IMG/VR virus record: IMGVR_UViG_3300037483_000317
Coordinates: 1 to 51,241 of that record
Length of the DNA stretch: 51,241 bases
Strand: one strand, 5' to 3'
DNA from: a virus
Lineage: Duplodnaviria; Caudoviricetes
Shown: piece by piece, positions 8,926 through 17,533 of the stretch
Position numbering within the stretch: the first letter of the stretch is position 1
How the letters are laid out: each line of letters begins with the position of its first letter
Translations under genes and position numbers: made by a program
Notes under the pieces: generated by a model
What the model saw: only the letters and a program-made list of their open reading frames with translations
The model's database searches: none
What the model was told of the DNA's origin: nothing

Positions 8926-10203
8926 TCAGTTGCCGCGTAAACGCGAGAGAGAAATGTCTGCATCTTGACCAAGTCGAACCGGCTTCAATGGTTCGTTCTG
9001 TTTGACTCGTAAGTAAAATGGTGAGAGTTTGCCTTCGCCGCCAAGATGAATGACGATCGGATCGCTGGAATCATTCTCTCGGATGCTAACCGGCGGCAGG
9101 TACGGCAGAATCGCCTCCGCCTGCTGCTCCGGCGTCGGCGTATCGTGATTGAGCTGTGCTAAAGCGTCTTCGGTTGCTTTCTGCTGCTCGTTGATTTGCT
9201 GGATTGTTTGGTTGATCGTGGCGTTCGACTGCGCGATAGCTGAGACGTTCTCAGATAACTTGACCGCGCTTTCAGAAAGCGCCGACACCTGATTCTGAAG
9301 CTCCTCGAATTCTTCCTTCGTCACGTCGTTCACGTGGTCGCACTCGCACTCTTTGCCCTGAAGCTTCACGTCGATCTGGCTGTTGATGTAGGTTTCCCAC
9401 TTGCCGAGTAGTTCGGGCGTCGTAACGACGGTATTGGAGCTGGCGGGTTCTTCGGATTGAACCGGCTCCCAATCATCCTCACCATCCGCGATGCTCTGCC
9501 CTTGACCGCCTTCGTAGATTTTCTTTCCACCAGGAGAGTAATACTGCGATGGCTGCCATTGCCGGCCACAGTTACCGTTTTGGCAGCTGTAGTACTGAGT
9601 CAGTTTCGCCATAAAGTTAGAAAACGGCTTCCCGCACGTCATGCGTGCGCCGTTCCTGCTGCCCCACATTACGCCGATCATCTTGCCGCGATCGTCGACT
9701 ACTGCTCCGCCGCTCTGGCCGGAAATTGTGTCAGTCGACAGAACCGGGATGTAGTAATCGCCCGGCGCGAACATTTCGCTTGAGTCGTTGACGATTCGCC
9801 CGCGAGTCACTTGGAGTGGCCCGGCATGAGGGAAGCCGTAGACGCGAATGTCGCCATCGCTATGGTAAGCACCGAGGTTGATTTGATGAGCGTTTGGTCG
9901 CTGTATGACGAGCGCGCACAGGTCGTATTTCGTGTCTAGGCTCACGACAGTCGCCATCGCTGCCGTGTGATTCAGAAACTCGCACCGGACCGTGCCAGCT
10001 TGCTGCGTTCCTCGCATGATGTCGCGCACGACATGACTTGCGGTCACCACCAGCCCGTATTTCTCGTTCTTGTCGACGACAGTTCCTGAGCCGCACAAGC
10101 CATCGCCGCAACGAACAAGGCACCACGGCTGCGCAAGCTCCTGAGCCTGCGCAGCCCCGGCCAGCAGCAGAGCGATCAGCAGTGAAGTGAGGGTGCGGGT
10201 CAC
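8926..10203 (-). CDS. Secreted trypsin-like serine protease with C-terminal coiled coil
   Basis: Signal peptide; GSGTVV, TASHVV (His), DLCAL (Asp), GQSGG (Ser). GTG start overlaps the upstream stop. Confidence 0.85.
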   Translation of the reverse strand: MTRTLTSLLIALLLAGAAQAQELAQPWCLVRCGDGLCGSGTVVDKNEKYGLVVTASHVVRDIMRGTQQAGTVRCEFLNHTAAMATVVSLDTKYDLCALVIQRPNAHQINLGAYHSDGDIRVYGFPHAGPLQVTRGRIVNDSSEMFAPGDYYIPVLSTDTISGQSGGAVVDDRGKMIGVMWGSRNGARMTCGKPFSNFMAKLTQYYSCQNGNCGRQWQPSQYYSPGGKKIYEGGQGQSIADGEDDWEPVQSEEPASSNTVVTTPELLGKWETYINSQIDVKLQGKECECDHVNDVTKEEFEELQNQVSALSESAVKLSENVSAIAQSNATINQTIQQINEQQKATEDALAQLNHDTPTPEQQAEAILPYLPPVSIRENDSSDPIVIHLGGEGKLSPFYLRVKQNEPLKPVRLGQDADISLSRLRGN

Positions 10204-10877
10204 GGCGTCGCCTCCATCGGCTGCGGCGGTACGGCCGGCAACTGCTGAACAGGGGCCAGACAATACGGACCGATCAACACCGCCCCTTGACTCCACGTCG
10301 AATCTGGAATCGTCCAGCCCAACAGCGCGTAGCCAGTCGCCGCTTCGTAGGCACGTCGGCAGACGCTCACGCAATTCTGCGGCTGCGGTCGCCAGAGCAG
10401 CCAGGAGAGCCAGCTACGCACACGCTGCGGGCCGAGCGACTGGTACGGGCCGTAAGGCTGTCCCACCAGAGTTGCGGCGTAGGCGGCGGCACGCTGCCCT
10501 ACGGCCGGGTCACGGGGCAAGAACAAGAGCACCTGATACGGCCTGGCGAGAAATTCAGAGAGCGGCGCACGAAGGACGCCGATGCCAACTTGCGCCTCGA
10601 CCACCGCGCCGTCGCCGACGTAGATTGCCGTATGGTTCCAATACCCGGCTGAGCTGTTCAACCGTTCGTCCAGGTTCCGCGTCACGTAGACCGTACCGAG
10701 CGGTGGCTCGTAGGCGGCACACCCTGGCTCCTGCCCGCTCGCCCGGTGGATCCCGAACGCGATCAGCCCCAGCGCCAGGAGCACGGCGAACACCAGAAAT
10801 AGCCGGTCGTTCTTCAACTTCGGCCACAGCCAGCGACCGATGCGTACATACCACACGATTCGCGTCGCTCGGCTCAT
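10200..10877 (-). CDS. Permuted papain-like NlpC/P60 (YiiX/YaeF-type) peptidase/amidase
   Basis: WNHTAIYVGDGAVVEA (His first), LVGQPY, then NCVSVCRRAY (Cys last); N-terminal TM. Confidence 0.8.
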   Translation of the reverse strand: MSRATRIVWYVRIGRWLWPKLKNDRLFLVFAVLLALGLIAFGIHRASGQEPGCAAYEPPLGTVYVTRNLDERLNSSAGYWNHTAIYVGDGAVVEAQVGIGVLRAPLSEFLARPYQVLLFLPRDPAVGQRAAAYAATLVGQPYGPYQSLGPQRVRSWLSWLLWRPQPQNCVSVCRRAYEAATGYALLGWTIPDSTWSQGAVLIGPYCLAPVQQLPAVPPQPMEATP

Positions 10878-11494
10878 GGCTTGCCCTGCTCCTGCTTCTC
10901 CAACTCGGCCTCATTGACTGGGGGCGTCGCCGTCTCTTCCTTCGTTACCTCTGTCGCATCGCTTACGGCCTCGGCTTGTCGTTCCGTTGATGTTTGCTGT
11001 GTAGACGGAACCTCGTCGACATGCGGAGGCTGAGACGCATTGTTCGGCGGATTCACCAGGCGATTCCAAACAGTCCACGACCACACCGCCAGAAACATCA
11101 GGTGTCCCTGAAGTTTCGTCAGTTTTTTCGACGAGTCTTTTCGATTCTCGGCAAGCGCAATGAGCACCGAGATAAAGATTCCGTCGGCCACGCTCCGCGG
11201 CAATAGGTCTGGATTGTCGATGATGAAGTCGTGCGGCAGCGCGGCGAGCAGATGCCAGTCCAGCTTCGCAAACCCAGGAACAATCCGAATGATCCACGGT
11301 ATGCTCGCCCCGTCGGACGAATAGTTTTCTCGAATTTTTAGGAAGTAGTCGCCCTTTCCGTAGCGATATCGTATTTCGCACTGCGTCACGAACCACCCCG
11401 GCTTCTCGTGGTCGACAGCAATGGGGAAGCGATACATCGCATCCCACTCGATCACAACCGGTCCGAACACAAGCTGCTTCGGTGGCAGTTTCAT
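10874..11494 (-). CDS. DUF1353-like phage protein
   Basis: YSSDGASIP...AALPHDFI...RSVADGIF motif set. Confidence 0.75.
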   Translation of the reverse strand: MKLPPKQLVFGPVVIEWDAMYRFPIAVDHEKPGWFVTQCEIRYRYGKGDYFLKIRENYSSDGASIPWIIRIVPGFAKLDWHLLAALPHDFIIDNPDLLPRSVADGIFISVLIALAENRKDSSKKLTKLQGHLMFLAVWSWTVWNRLVNPPNNASQPPHVDEVPSTQQTSTERQAEAVSDATEVTKEETATPPVNEAELEKQEQGKP

Positions 11495-12047
11495 GCTGCG
11501 CCTCCGGTACGGGCAACTCTTCGACGCGACGCGAGCACGTCTCGCAATCGCGGCATTGCTGATGCTTCACTGGCCTGTATGTGTTTGGTGCGATCTCGCG
11601 GTAGTACCCCTTGTCGACTGCTTCTTGCATTGTTTTGCACGCACCAGGGCAGTCCGGTGGCGCTGGTGCGACCTTGAGAGCGTTCACCTCGGCACGCAGC
11701 TCGTTGATTTGCTTCTGCTGCTTTTCGATCAGTCCGATGCACCGTCCGATCATGTCCATCATGCGACTGCGAGCATCCAGTCGATCGTCGGAATCGTCGA
11801 TGAGTTGTCGTATCGCCTCCGCTGCCTTGCGTCTGTCCAGTTGATCCTTTGTGGGTGGATTCGGTTCGAGCGCCGGCACACAATGCTCTAATAGCTTTTT
11901 GCACATCGGACAATTGTCGCAGAGCAAACGGCCGTCGATTATCTGACCGGTCTCGGTGTCGATAAACGTGCCGCCGACTTCCTTGCCTAGAGCCGGCGTC
12001 GCCAGAAGAATAGCAAGCAAAAACAAACATCGCATAATCTGCCTCAT
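10911..12047 (-). CDS. Secreted coiled-coil/Cys-motif protein (C-terminal ~195 codons overlap the DUF1353 gene)
   Basis: Signal peptide MRCLFLLAILLATPALG, CDNCPMC motif and coiled coil. The real product probably ends near 11490. Confidence 0.55.
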   Translation of the reverse strand: MRQIMRCLFLLAILLATPALGKEVGGTFIDTETGQIIDGRLLCDNCPMCKKLLEHCVPALEPNPPTKDQLDRRKAAEAIRQLIDDSDDRLDARSRMMDMIGRCIGLIEKQQKQINELRAEVNALKVAPAPPDCPGACKTMQEAVDKGYYREIAPNTYRPVKHQQCRDCETCSRRVEELPVPEAQHETATEAACVRTGCDRVGCDVSLPHCCRPREAGVVRDAVRNTISLRKGRLLPKNSRKLFVRRGEHTVDHSDCSWVCEAGLASARRAAARLHHRQSRPIAAERGRRNLYLGAHCACRESKRLVEKTDETSGTPDVSGGVVVDCLESPGESAEQCVSASACRRGSVYTANINGTTSRGRKRCDRGNEGRDGDAPSQ

Positions 12048-12258
12048 GGTCAGAGTGTCGGGAACGGAATCGCTCGGGCCAGTTCTTTCTCCTCGTTGCT
12101 GAGCTGGCGCCACACGTGGTCGATCGTCCGCTGCCACAGCCGCGGGTCGATTTTGCGATTGGTGATCGCGGCGATCATCCGGCAGTACAGGCTGTATGGG
12201 TCCATGCTGTTGCTCCCAAACATTCTGCGGCGTACTGCCCCATGAGCCCAGCGATCAG

Positions 12259-12331
12259 TGGTGCCGGCTGGCTTCGATCCAGCGTCTCGGGGTTATGGGC
12301 CCCGCGGGATACCTGGCTTCCCCACGGCACT
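12259..12331 (-). tRNA. tRNA-Met(CAT), initiator-type
   Basis: 73-nt cloverleaf: acceptor AGTGCCG/CGGCACC plus A73, D stem GGGA/TCCC, anticodon stem CGGGG-CCCATAA-CCCCG, T stem GCTGG-ATCGAAG-CCAGC. CCA not encoded. Confidence 0.88.
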
Positions 12332-12340
12332 CAACGAAAA

Positions 12341-12393
12341 AAAGGCGTAGCGTCGTGAGCCCGATTTGTTCGGACAAACGACCCTACGCCTTT
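12341..12393. terminator. Stem-loop with U-tract on minus strand, immediately upstream of the tRNA
   Basis: AAAGGCGTAG...CTACGCCTTT inverted repeat; the plus-strand A-run gives a U-tract on the minus-strand transcript. Confidence 0.45.
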
Positions 12394-12435
12394 GGCGTTC
12401 ATAGGCCGGGGTAAGCGGCCATTTCGGTTGTGCGG

Positions 12436-12651
12436 TTATTCTGTGCCCATTCGGTCCCCAAAGTCAAGCCGTTTTCCCGGCCGATGCCCTGCCCGCAGCC
12501 GCTTGCACTTCCGGATCGCGTCGTCTACGCCGTCTTCCGGGCCGAATCGCAGCAGGTGGGCCTCCCCGTCCCAGTAGCCGCAGAAGAAAAACGCAGGCGG
12601 GCCGGTCTCCTCGTAGAGCGGCTGGCCGGGCTTCACGGTGAGGAGTTCCAT
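12436..12651 (-). CDS. Hypothetical protein
   Basis: 71 aa; AAGGA RBS and an upstream TACAAT -10-like box. Confidence 0.5.
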   Translation of the reverse strand: MELLTVKPGQPLYEETGPPAFFFCGYWDGEAHLLRFGPEDGVDDAIRKCKRLRAGHRPGKRLDFGDRMGTE

Positions 12652-12699
12652 TCGTGCTTCCTTGCTAGATTGTACCGAACCGTCCGGCGCAAGAAATAC

Positions 12700-13056
12700 C
12701 TACCCCGCCGCACACGAACCCCGTATCGCAGCCATCGCGCGATTTCTCAGCACCGCAGCCCGCGCCGAGATTTCCTCTGCGTCAGGTGCATACGGTATCT
12801 GTCCGAAGTTCGCGTAAACTGGTTTTCCGTCCAAGTCAATCGTCGCGCCGCACTTCCCGACTTCGAGCACGCGGCAGAAATGGTCGCCGCGATAAAGCAC
12901 GCGGTCGCCGGGTTCTAGGTTGGTGCTGATCGGCACTGCAATCTGTTCACGTTGGTAGGCGACCTTCCACCACGCTACGCCAAGTTCTCGCGCAATGTCG
13001 GTGTTCGTGCCACCGGCCTCGATTCGTCGGCGGATTTTTTCGTGGATGCCGCTCAT
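12700..13056 (-). CDS. HTH DNA-binding protein with SH3/KOW-like domain
   Basis: GGTNTDIARELGVAWWKVAY helix-turn-helix, then LEPGDRVLY. Confidence 0.6.
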   Translation of the reverse strand: MSGIHEKIRRRIEAGGTNTDIARELGVAWWKVAYQREQIAVPISTNLEPGDRVLYRGDHFCRVLEVGKCGATIDLDGKPVYANFGQIPYAPDAEEISARAAVLRNRAMAAIRGSCAAG

Positions 13057-13058
13057 AC

Positions 13059-13265
13059 TCACCATTTCAGCCAGACATTTCCCCAGAACAGCGTCAACAC
13101 CACGCCGCAAGCAAAACCCAGCGCCAAGCCGCGCAGCGCGTCCCACGGACTGCCGCGCCCCCCGTCTTCCACGCCGGCCTTGTAAGCCTTGGCTACATCC
13201 TCGGGCCGGGGTGAGTATTTCGCGTTCTCGAATTGCCGCTGCACTTCTTCCAGGGTTTTTGACAT
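13059..13265 (-). CDS. Small membrane protein
   Basis: GGAG RBS; C-terminal TM. Confidence 0.5.
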   Translation of the reverse strand: MSKTLEEVQRQFENAKYSPRPEDVAKAYKAGVEDGGRGSPWDALRGLALGFACGVVLTLFWGNVWLKW

Positions 13266-13266
13266 C

Positions 13267-13467
13267 TCATTTCTCCTGGGGGTTGAGGGGTGGTTTTTTC
13301 CTGAACAGGGCAAACACATAAACGCTGCGGGTCACCACTGAAGCGCCGCACTTCTTGCACGAAATTACGGCGCGGTCCCGGCCGACCTCTCTTATCGGAT
13401 TCCAGCCTCTGCTGTACTGGCCGCGGCTGGCGCATTTCTTGCACTTTGGAAGTCCCTTGAATGGCAT
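13267..13467 (-). CDS. Small zinc-finger protein
   Basis: CKKC...CKKC. Confidence 0.55.
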   Translation of the reverse strand: MPFKGLPKCKKCASRGQYSRGWNPIREVGRDRAVISCKKCGASVVTRSVYVFALFRKKPPLNPQEK

Positions 13468-13471
13468 GCCC

Positions 13472-13654
13472 TCAACTCTCCGCGACTGCCGAGCGTGCGG
13501 ACCACGCGACGCGGGCGTAGGCCAATCGCCGCTCTAATGTGAGCACGTCGGCTGCTAGTAGCCGCTCACGCTCACGTAAGGCTTCCAACTGCTTGCGGGC
13601 ATGAGCCAGCGACAACTCTATCTCGGATGGGTTCTGCGGTGTCGGGGTGCTCAC
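13472..13654 (-). CDS. Hypothetical coiled-coil protein
   Basis: Start overlaps the upstream stop. Confidence 0.5.
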   Translation of the reverse strand: MSTPTPQNPSEIELSLAHARKQLEALRERERLLAADVLTLERRLAYARVAWSARSAVAES

Positions 13655-13905
13655 GATTCGATTGCCTCCGTTTCTGATGCGGCAGCGTTGTCACGCTCCA
13701 TCGACTCCATCGCATTTACAAAGTTGTTCGGCCTGCGCGATTCGAGCACGTTGTCGGCGAACGATAGTGCGCCGAGCCCGAAATAAAATAACTGGTCTGC
13801 GCGGATGTGTTTTCCGGCAAAGAGCTGCTCGTGCCGCTCTCCAAACTCGACCAACAATCCAAGCAGTTTCTTCCGTAGCTGCTCGATGTCGTGTTGACTT
13901 TTCAT
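13651..13905 (-). CDS. Hypothetical protein
   Basis: ATGA coupling with the upstream gene. Confidence 0.55.
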   Translation of the reverse strand: MKSQHDIEQLRKKLLGLLVEFGERHEQLFAGKHIRADQLFYFGLGALSFADNVLESRRPNNFVNAMESMERDNAAASETEAIES

Positions 13906-14387
13906 TCAGCTTCCTCCGTTTTTGCGCCGGCACTGCGGTAGGCGGCAAAGATCGCTTCCTTCCGTGTTTTGAAAGGTCCACGCAACGCTGGAATCTCCGA
14001 GCTACTACCGCGAAGTCGTGACCAGTGCCCCTCGCGATTACAGCTTAAAATGATTTCACCATCGCAGTACATCTCCACCGCCGCCTCGAATTCTTCCAAC
14101 TCTCTGATCCGTGCGCGTGGCACTGTTTCGCAACGCGCCGTCGCTCGATGGCCATGCAAGTGTTGTACTGGCTGCTCAGCTATTCGCTCCTCCGCTGGGG
14201 CATCTGGCGGAAACTCCATCGCGCGGACGGCGGCGATTGCTGCGTCTCTGGCCATCCGGGCACCGAACATGCGTTCGACAGACCAATTGTCATCTTCAAT
14301 AATCTGGTGGCACCCAGCTTGAATGGCGTCCACGATGGCATCCAAGATCGCGTCTTTCAGTTCGTCGCGTGCTTGCGTGTAGCTCAT
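13902..14387 (-). CDS. Hypothetical protein
   Basis: GGAG RBS before ATG 14387; ORF open to 14483. Confidence 0.55.
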   Translation of the reverse strand: MSYTQARDELKDAILDAIVDAIQAGCHQIIEDDNWSVERMFGARMARDAAIAAVRAMEFPPDAPAEERIAEQPVQHLHGHRATARCETVPRARIRELEEFEAAVEMYCDGEIILSCNREGHWSRLRGSSSEIPALRGPFKTRKEAIFAAYRSAGAKTEEAE

Positions 14388-14595
14388 GGGATCTATTTCT
14401 CCTGGGCTTCGGGCCGGATAACAGACATTCGATGGTGTGGTATCCAAATTGGCCTCGCTGATCAAATGACTGCCCGCTTTCAATCATCCAGCCGAACACG
14501 CCAAAAGCCTGCTCAATCGTATACGGCGAAGGCCAATAGCTGCACGGCCGCAGGAATTCAATGAACTTGTATTTGGCTTTTGTGTTGATGGTCAT
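14296..14595 (-). CDS. Hypothetical protein (uncertain)
   Basis: AAGGA RBS; overlaps the downstream gene. Confidence 0.3.
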   Translation of the reverse strand: MTINTKAKYKFIEFLRPCSYWPSPYTIEQAFGVFGWMIESGQSFDQRGQFGYHTIECLLSGPKPRRNRSHELHASTRRTERRDLGCHRGRHSSWVPPDY

Positions 14596-14635
14596 ATCGC
14601 TGATCCTTGCTCTAGGATTCGTTCGCGGTCGGTTG

Positions 14636-14734
14636 TTATGTCACGGGTTCCTCTGCGCTGGTCTGCGGGAACTCCCTGACGCGCAAGTCTTCGGGCCACT
14701 CGGCCGGATCGCCACCCTTGCTGCTCGTGAGCAT
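14636..14734 (-). pseudogene. Remnant resembling the C-terminus of DUF5131 (Gp37Gp68-type) proteins
   Basis: 32-codon ORF MLTSSKGGDPAEWPEDLRVREFP... Confidence 0.45.
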
Positions 14735-14777
14735 GATCCGCTGCCCGTCACTTTCCACGCCCGACGGCCAACATTCT

Positions 14778-15095
14778 TTATTCTCCGTCGTGGTAATCTG
14801 GATCGTCATCAATCATTGGCAGCGCGTGCTGAATCGACGGCGAGTACACGTCAACTGGCCTCACGACACTTTGTGTTGCCACCGTCCTCGCCACTTCTTC
14901 CGAACATGGCGTGATGGCGAAGATCGACCCTTGGCCGAGCAGCTTCGTGAATGCCAAACGATCCTTCACCGCCGGCACGTCCACGCGAACGAACGCACAG
15001 CCACCGATCGCCTGCTCCGTTACGCGACCTGCATACCGCGAGTGCCCCATCACTTCGACGACCGCCCAACAATCAAACTTTTCGTTCTCGCTCAC
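14778..15095 (-). CDS. Conserved phage hypothetical protein
   Basis: WAVVEVMGHSRYAGRVTEQ...FVRVDVP; GGAG RBS and GTG start. Confidence 0.65.
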   Translation of the reverse strand: MSENEKFDCWAVVEVMGHSRYAGRVTEQAIGGCAFVRVDVPAVKDRLAFTKLLGQGSIFAITPCSEEVARTVATQSVVRPVDVYSPSIQHALPMIDDDPDYHDGE

Positions 15096-15151
15096 GTGAT
15101 TTCTCCGTGTAAGTGAACGCGCCGCCCACGGGCAGCGGCGCGATGGGGTTC

Positions 15152-15577
15152 CTACTGCTGCTTGACCTTGAGCATCTTCACGTGCGGCTCGCCCGGCTCG
15201 ATGAAAAACTTCTTGCCGACGATGATATAGCAATCGAGGTCGTTATCCTTCAGCAGCGCGCCGATCTTCTCCAAGTCCTCCGCGAATTCCTGTGCCGCGC
15301 TCTTGGCCTTCTCACGATTGGCGATCGCCCGCTGACAAGCCTCGTCGAGCGCCGGGATCCGATCGTCGATGTCCTCCATCCCGGCCAGCGGCGGTTGCTC
15401 CGCCGCGAATCTGCCGGGCCCGGACGTCGACATGGCCGCCCCGTTCGAGCTCGGCTTACTGGCCGCCCCGTTCGGCTTCGCCGGCGGCCGCTTCGCTTTG
15501 GCGATTACCTTCTTCGACTTTCCGGTCGGCTTACGGGCCGGACTCGACTTTCCTCGCTTCTTCGTTGCAACTGCCAT
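15152..15577 (-). CDS. Hypothetical protein with Lys-rich N-terminus
   Basis: 141 aa; GGAG RBS. Confidence 0.65.
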   Translation of the reverse strand: MAVATKKRGKSSPARKPTGKSKKVIAKAKRPPAKPNGAASKPSSNGAAMSTSGPGRFAAEQPPLAGMEDIDDRIPALDEACQRAIANREKAKSAAQEFAEDLEKIGALLKDNDLDCYIIVGKKFFIEPGEPHVKMLKVKQQ

Positions 15578-15588
15578 CTGAATTACTC

Positions 15589-15990
15589 CTATTCCACGGG
15601 AATCAAAACTTCGGAACCTTCACAGACGACGATCGAGTCATCGCCCAATAATTCAAAGCTGCGGATGCTGACCAATTCGCCCCGGCTATTTGGTTCGCGG
15701 CGAATACCCCACAACTCCACCAGCCACCCGGCGTCGAGGCACTCGCAGAGCCGCGGTTCGGCGAGCATCTTGGTTTGATGTATGGCAATGTCGCCGCCGC
15801 CAGACGATCGCAGGGCGCAAACTTGGACCGCCAACGTCTGGCCAGCATTGACGCAGAGCAAGTCGGCAAACCCGAACAGGTCGACGCGGATGTTCGTGCG
15901 CGGGAGCCACTTCTCGACGTCGGCCACCGTCCAGCCGAGCGCCTCGAGCATTTCCTTCGCACGCTGCTTGTGGGATTTTCGCTTAGCCAT
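15589..15990 (-). CDS. PD-(D/E)XK Holliday-junction resolvase-like nuclease
   Basis: LEALGWTV...DLFGFADLLCV...LAVQV. Confidence 0.75.
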   Translation of the reverse strand: MAKRKSHKQRAKEMLEALGWTVADVEKWLPRTNIRVDLFGFADLLCVNAGQTLAVQVCALRSSGGGDIAIHQTKMLAEPRLCECLDAGWLVELWGIRREPNSRGELVSIRSFELLGDDSIVVCEGSEVLIPVE

Positions 15991-16879
15991 ATTTTATATG
16001 CGCCGCAGACCTTCCGAAGTTGCGAGGCGGCATGTGAACCCCGATGAAATAGGACTCGGCAAAGTCCAACTCTTTACGATCGATCAATAACCAAGACAGC
16101 ATCTCGCCCTCGGCTATGTTTTCGTGGCCGATCTTACACCTATCCCTCAGCCTGATCGATTGCCCTACGTAAACGATCGAAGCGCGAGACCAGACGAAAT
16201 AGATTCCGCTTTCTCTTGGTAATCCGTCACCATACTTCGTCACTGGTACTGCCGGCTTAGGCGCAGTCAACGAGTGCCAATCTTTGGCAGGACGAACACG
16301 AATGGTATTGCTCGCATCAGTAATATTGATCATCTTGTCAATTTTGAGTTGCAGCCTCCGCTCTTCGTCCTTGAGCTGCTTTAGATGAAACAGCCTCCTG
16401 CCGAATTCTGCGCGGATTGCCTTTCGCACTCGCTTCATCTCCTGTTCCGTGTTTTCGACTACATCCCGAAGTTGCGGAGCGATCGCATACGCGCGTGCAA
16501 ATCGCCCCATTTGCTTCTCGATCGACTTCCCAAATTCAAAGGAAAGCCGCTTGATAGTAACGTCACCCAGCCCGCGAAAATTCGTTTCTTTGCGAATCTT
16601 CCGCAGGGCCACGATCGCCGCCTCCTCGATTAAAAATTGCATCGCCGACTTGGCGGCTCGTTTCCACTTCGCAATTGATTCACCAGGCGACATCTCCATG
16701 TTAAGTTTCAATGAGAAATGGAATTCCGCCACCGCCTCGCGGACGTTGACGAATGTGTCGATAGCCTTGTCTCCGTGGTGGCTTGACGGGCCCTCTTCCC
16801 TTGCGTGGTTCAGCCGTGGCCTAAGCCTGAGTATGTCGAGCGCGAACGTTTCGCTATTTGCGTTAATCATCGCCATCAT
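15983..16879 (-). CDS. Protein with C-terminal GIY-YIG nuclease domain
   Basis: LPRESGIYFVW...IVYVGQSIRLRDR...AESYFI...PPRN. Confidence 0.75.
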   Translation of the reverse strand: MMAMINANSETFALDILRLRPRLNHAREEGPSSHHGDKAIDTFVNVREAVAEFHFSLKLNMEMSPGESIAKWKRAAKSAMQFLIEEAAIVALRKIRKETNFRGLGDVTIKRLSFEFGKSIEKQMGRFARAYAIAPQLRDVVENTEQEMKRVRKAIRAEFGRRLFHLKQLKDEERRLQLKIDKMINITDASNTIRVRPAKDWHSLTAPKPAVPVTKYGDGLPRESGIYFVWSRASIVYVGQSIRLRDRCKIGHENIAEGEMLSWLLIDRKELDFAESYFIGVHMPPRNFGRSAAHIKYG

Positions 16880-17121
16880 CCCCTAAACGGTTCCGGCCGC
16901 TCGGACCTATAGCAGTTCGTACACTCAGTATCATCCATCGACCAATGGTGATCGCAAATCGGACAGTGCCAAACGATGCGCTCGAAAGCATCTCCGCATT
17001 TGCATATAAAACATACACGTCGACACCGCTTCTGGAGCCGGCAAATTCGACTCAAGGTTTTCCCTATCTTTGACCATTGACGAATCACTGACTCAAGTGC
17101 GTCTTTCCAGCTACAGTTCAT
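16876..17121 (-). CDS. Small Cys-rich protein
   Basis: Several CxC and CxxC motifs. Confidence 0.45.
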   Translation of the reverse strand: MNCSWKDALESVIRQWSKIGKTLSRICRLQKRCRRVCFICKCGDAFERIVWHCPICDHHWSMDDTECTNCYRSERPEPFRG

Positions 17122-17131
17122 CTCCGTGTCC

Positions 17132-17533
17132 TCAGTGCCTCTGTGGTAAATCCAACTCCCTGCAAATCAACAGCACCACGTCAGTCCAAACTATTTGTGG
17201 CAGGCCGCGCCTGATCGCATTGAACTTTTCCAGGTCGAACCACTCTCGATCGTTGAGCCACTTCACCGCGAGCTGTCTGGCGACTGGCCATGTTTTCTTG
17301 TTCGTGAGTTCGAGACAGTTGCAATTCCGGCAAGCTGCGCCCCAGGTACATCGCTCGCCGTAGGCCTGGATGCGACACGGTCCATTGGCGATCTCATGCG
17401 TGTCGTGCGCCATGTCTGCTCGGCAAAACCAACACGTCTGAAATTCAGAACGGAAGGTCGATCTCTCCTTTCGGTGCGCCCGTTCCATCGCTGCTTGTTT
17501 CTTGCTCTTGGCTTTTAGCCGCATGCGTTTCAT
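17132..17533 (-). CDS. HNH-like zinc-binding protein
   Basis: CWFC...THEI...ACRNCN. Confidence 0.6.
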   Translation of the reverse strand: MKRMRLKAKSKKQAAMERAHRKERSTFRSEFQTCWFCRADMAHDTHEIANGPCRIQAYGERCTWGAACRNCNCLELTNKKTWPVARQLAVKWLNDREWFDLEKFNAIRRGLPQIVWTDVVLLICRELDLPQRH

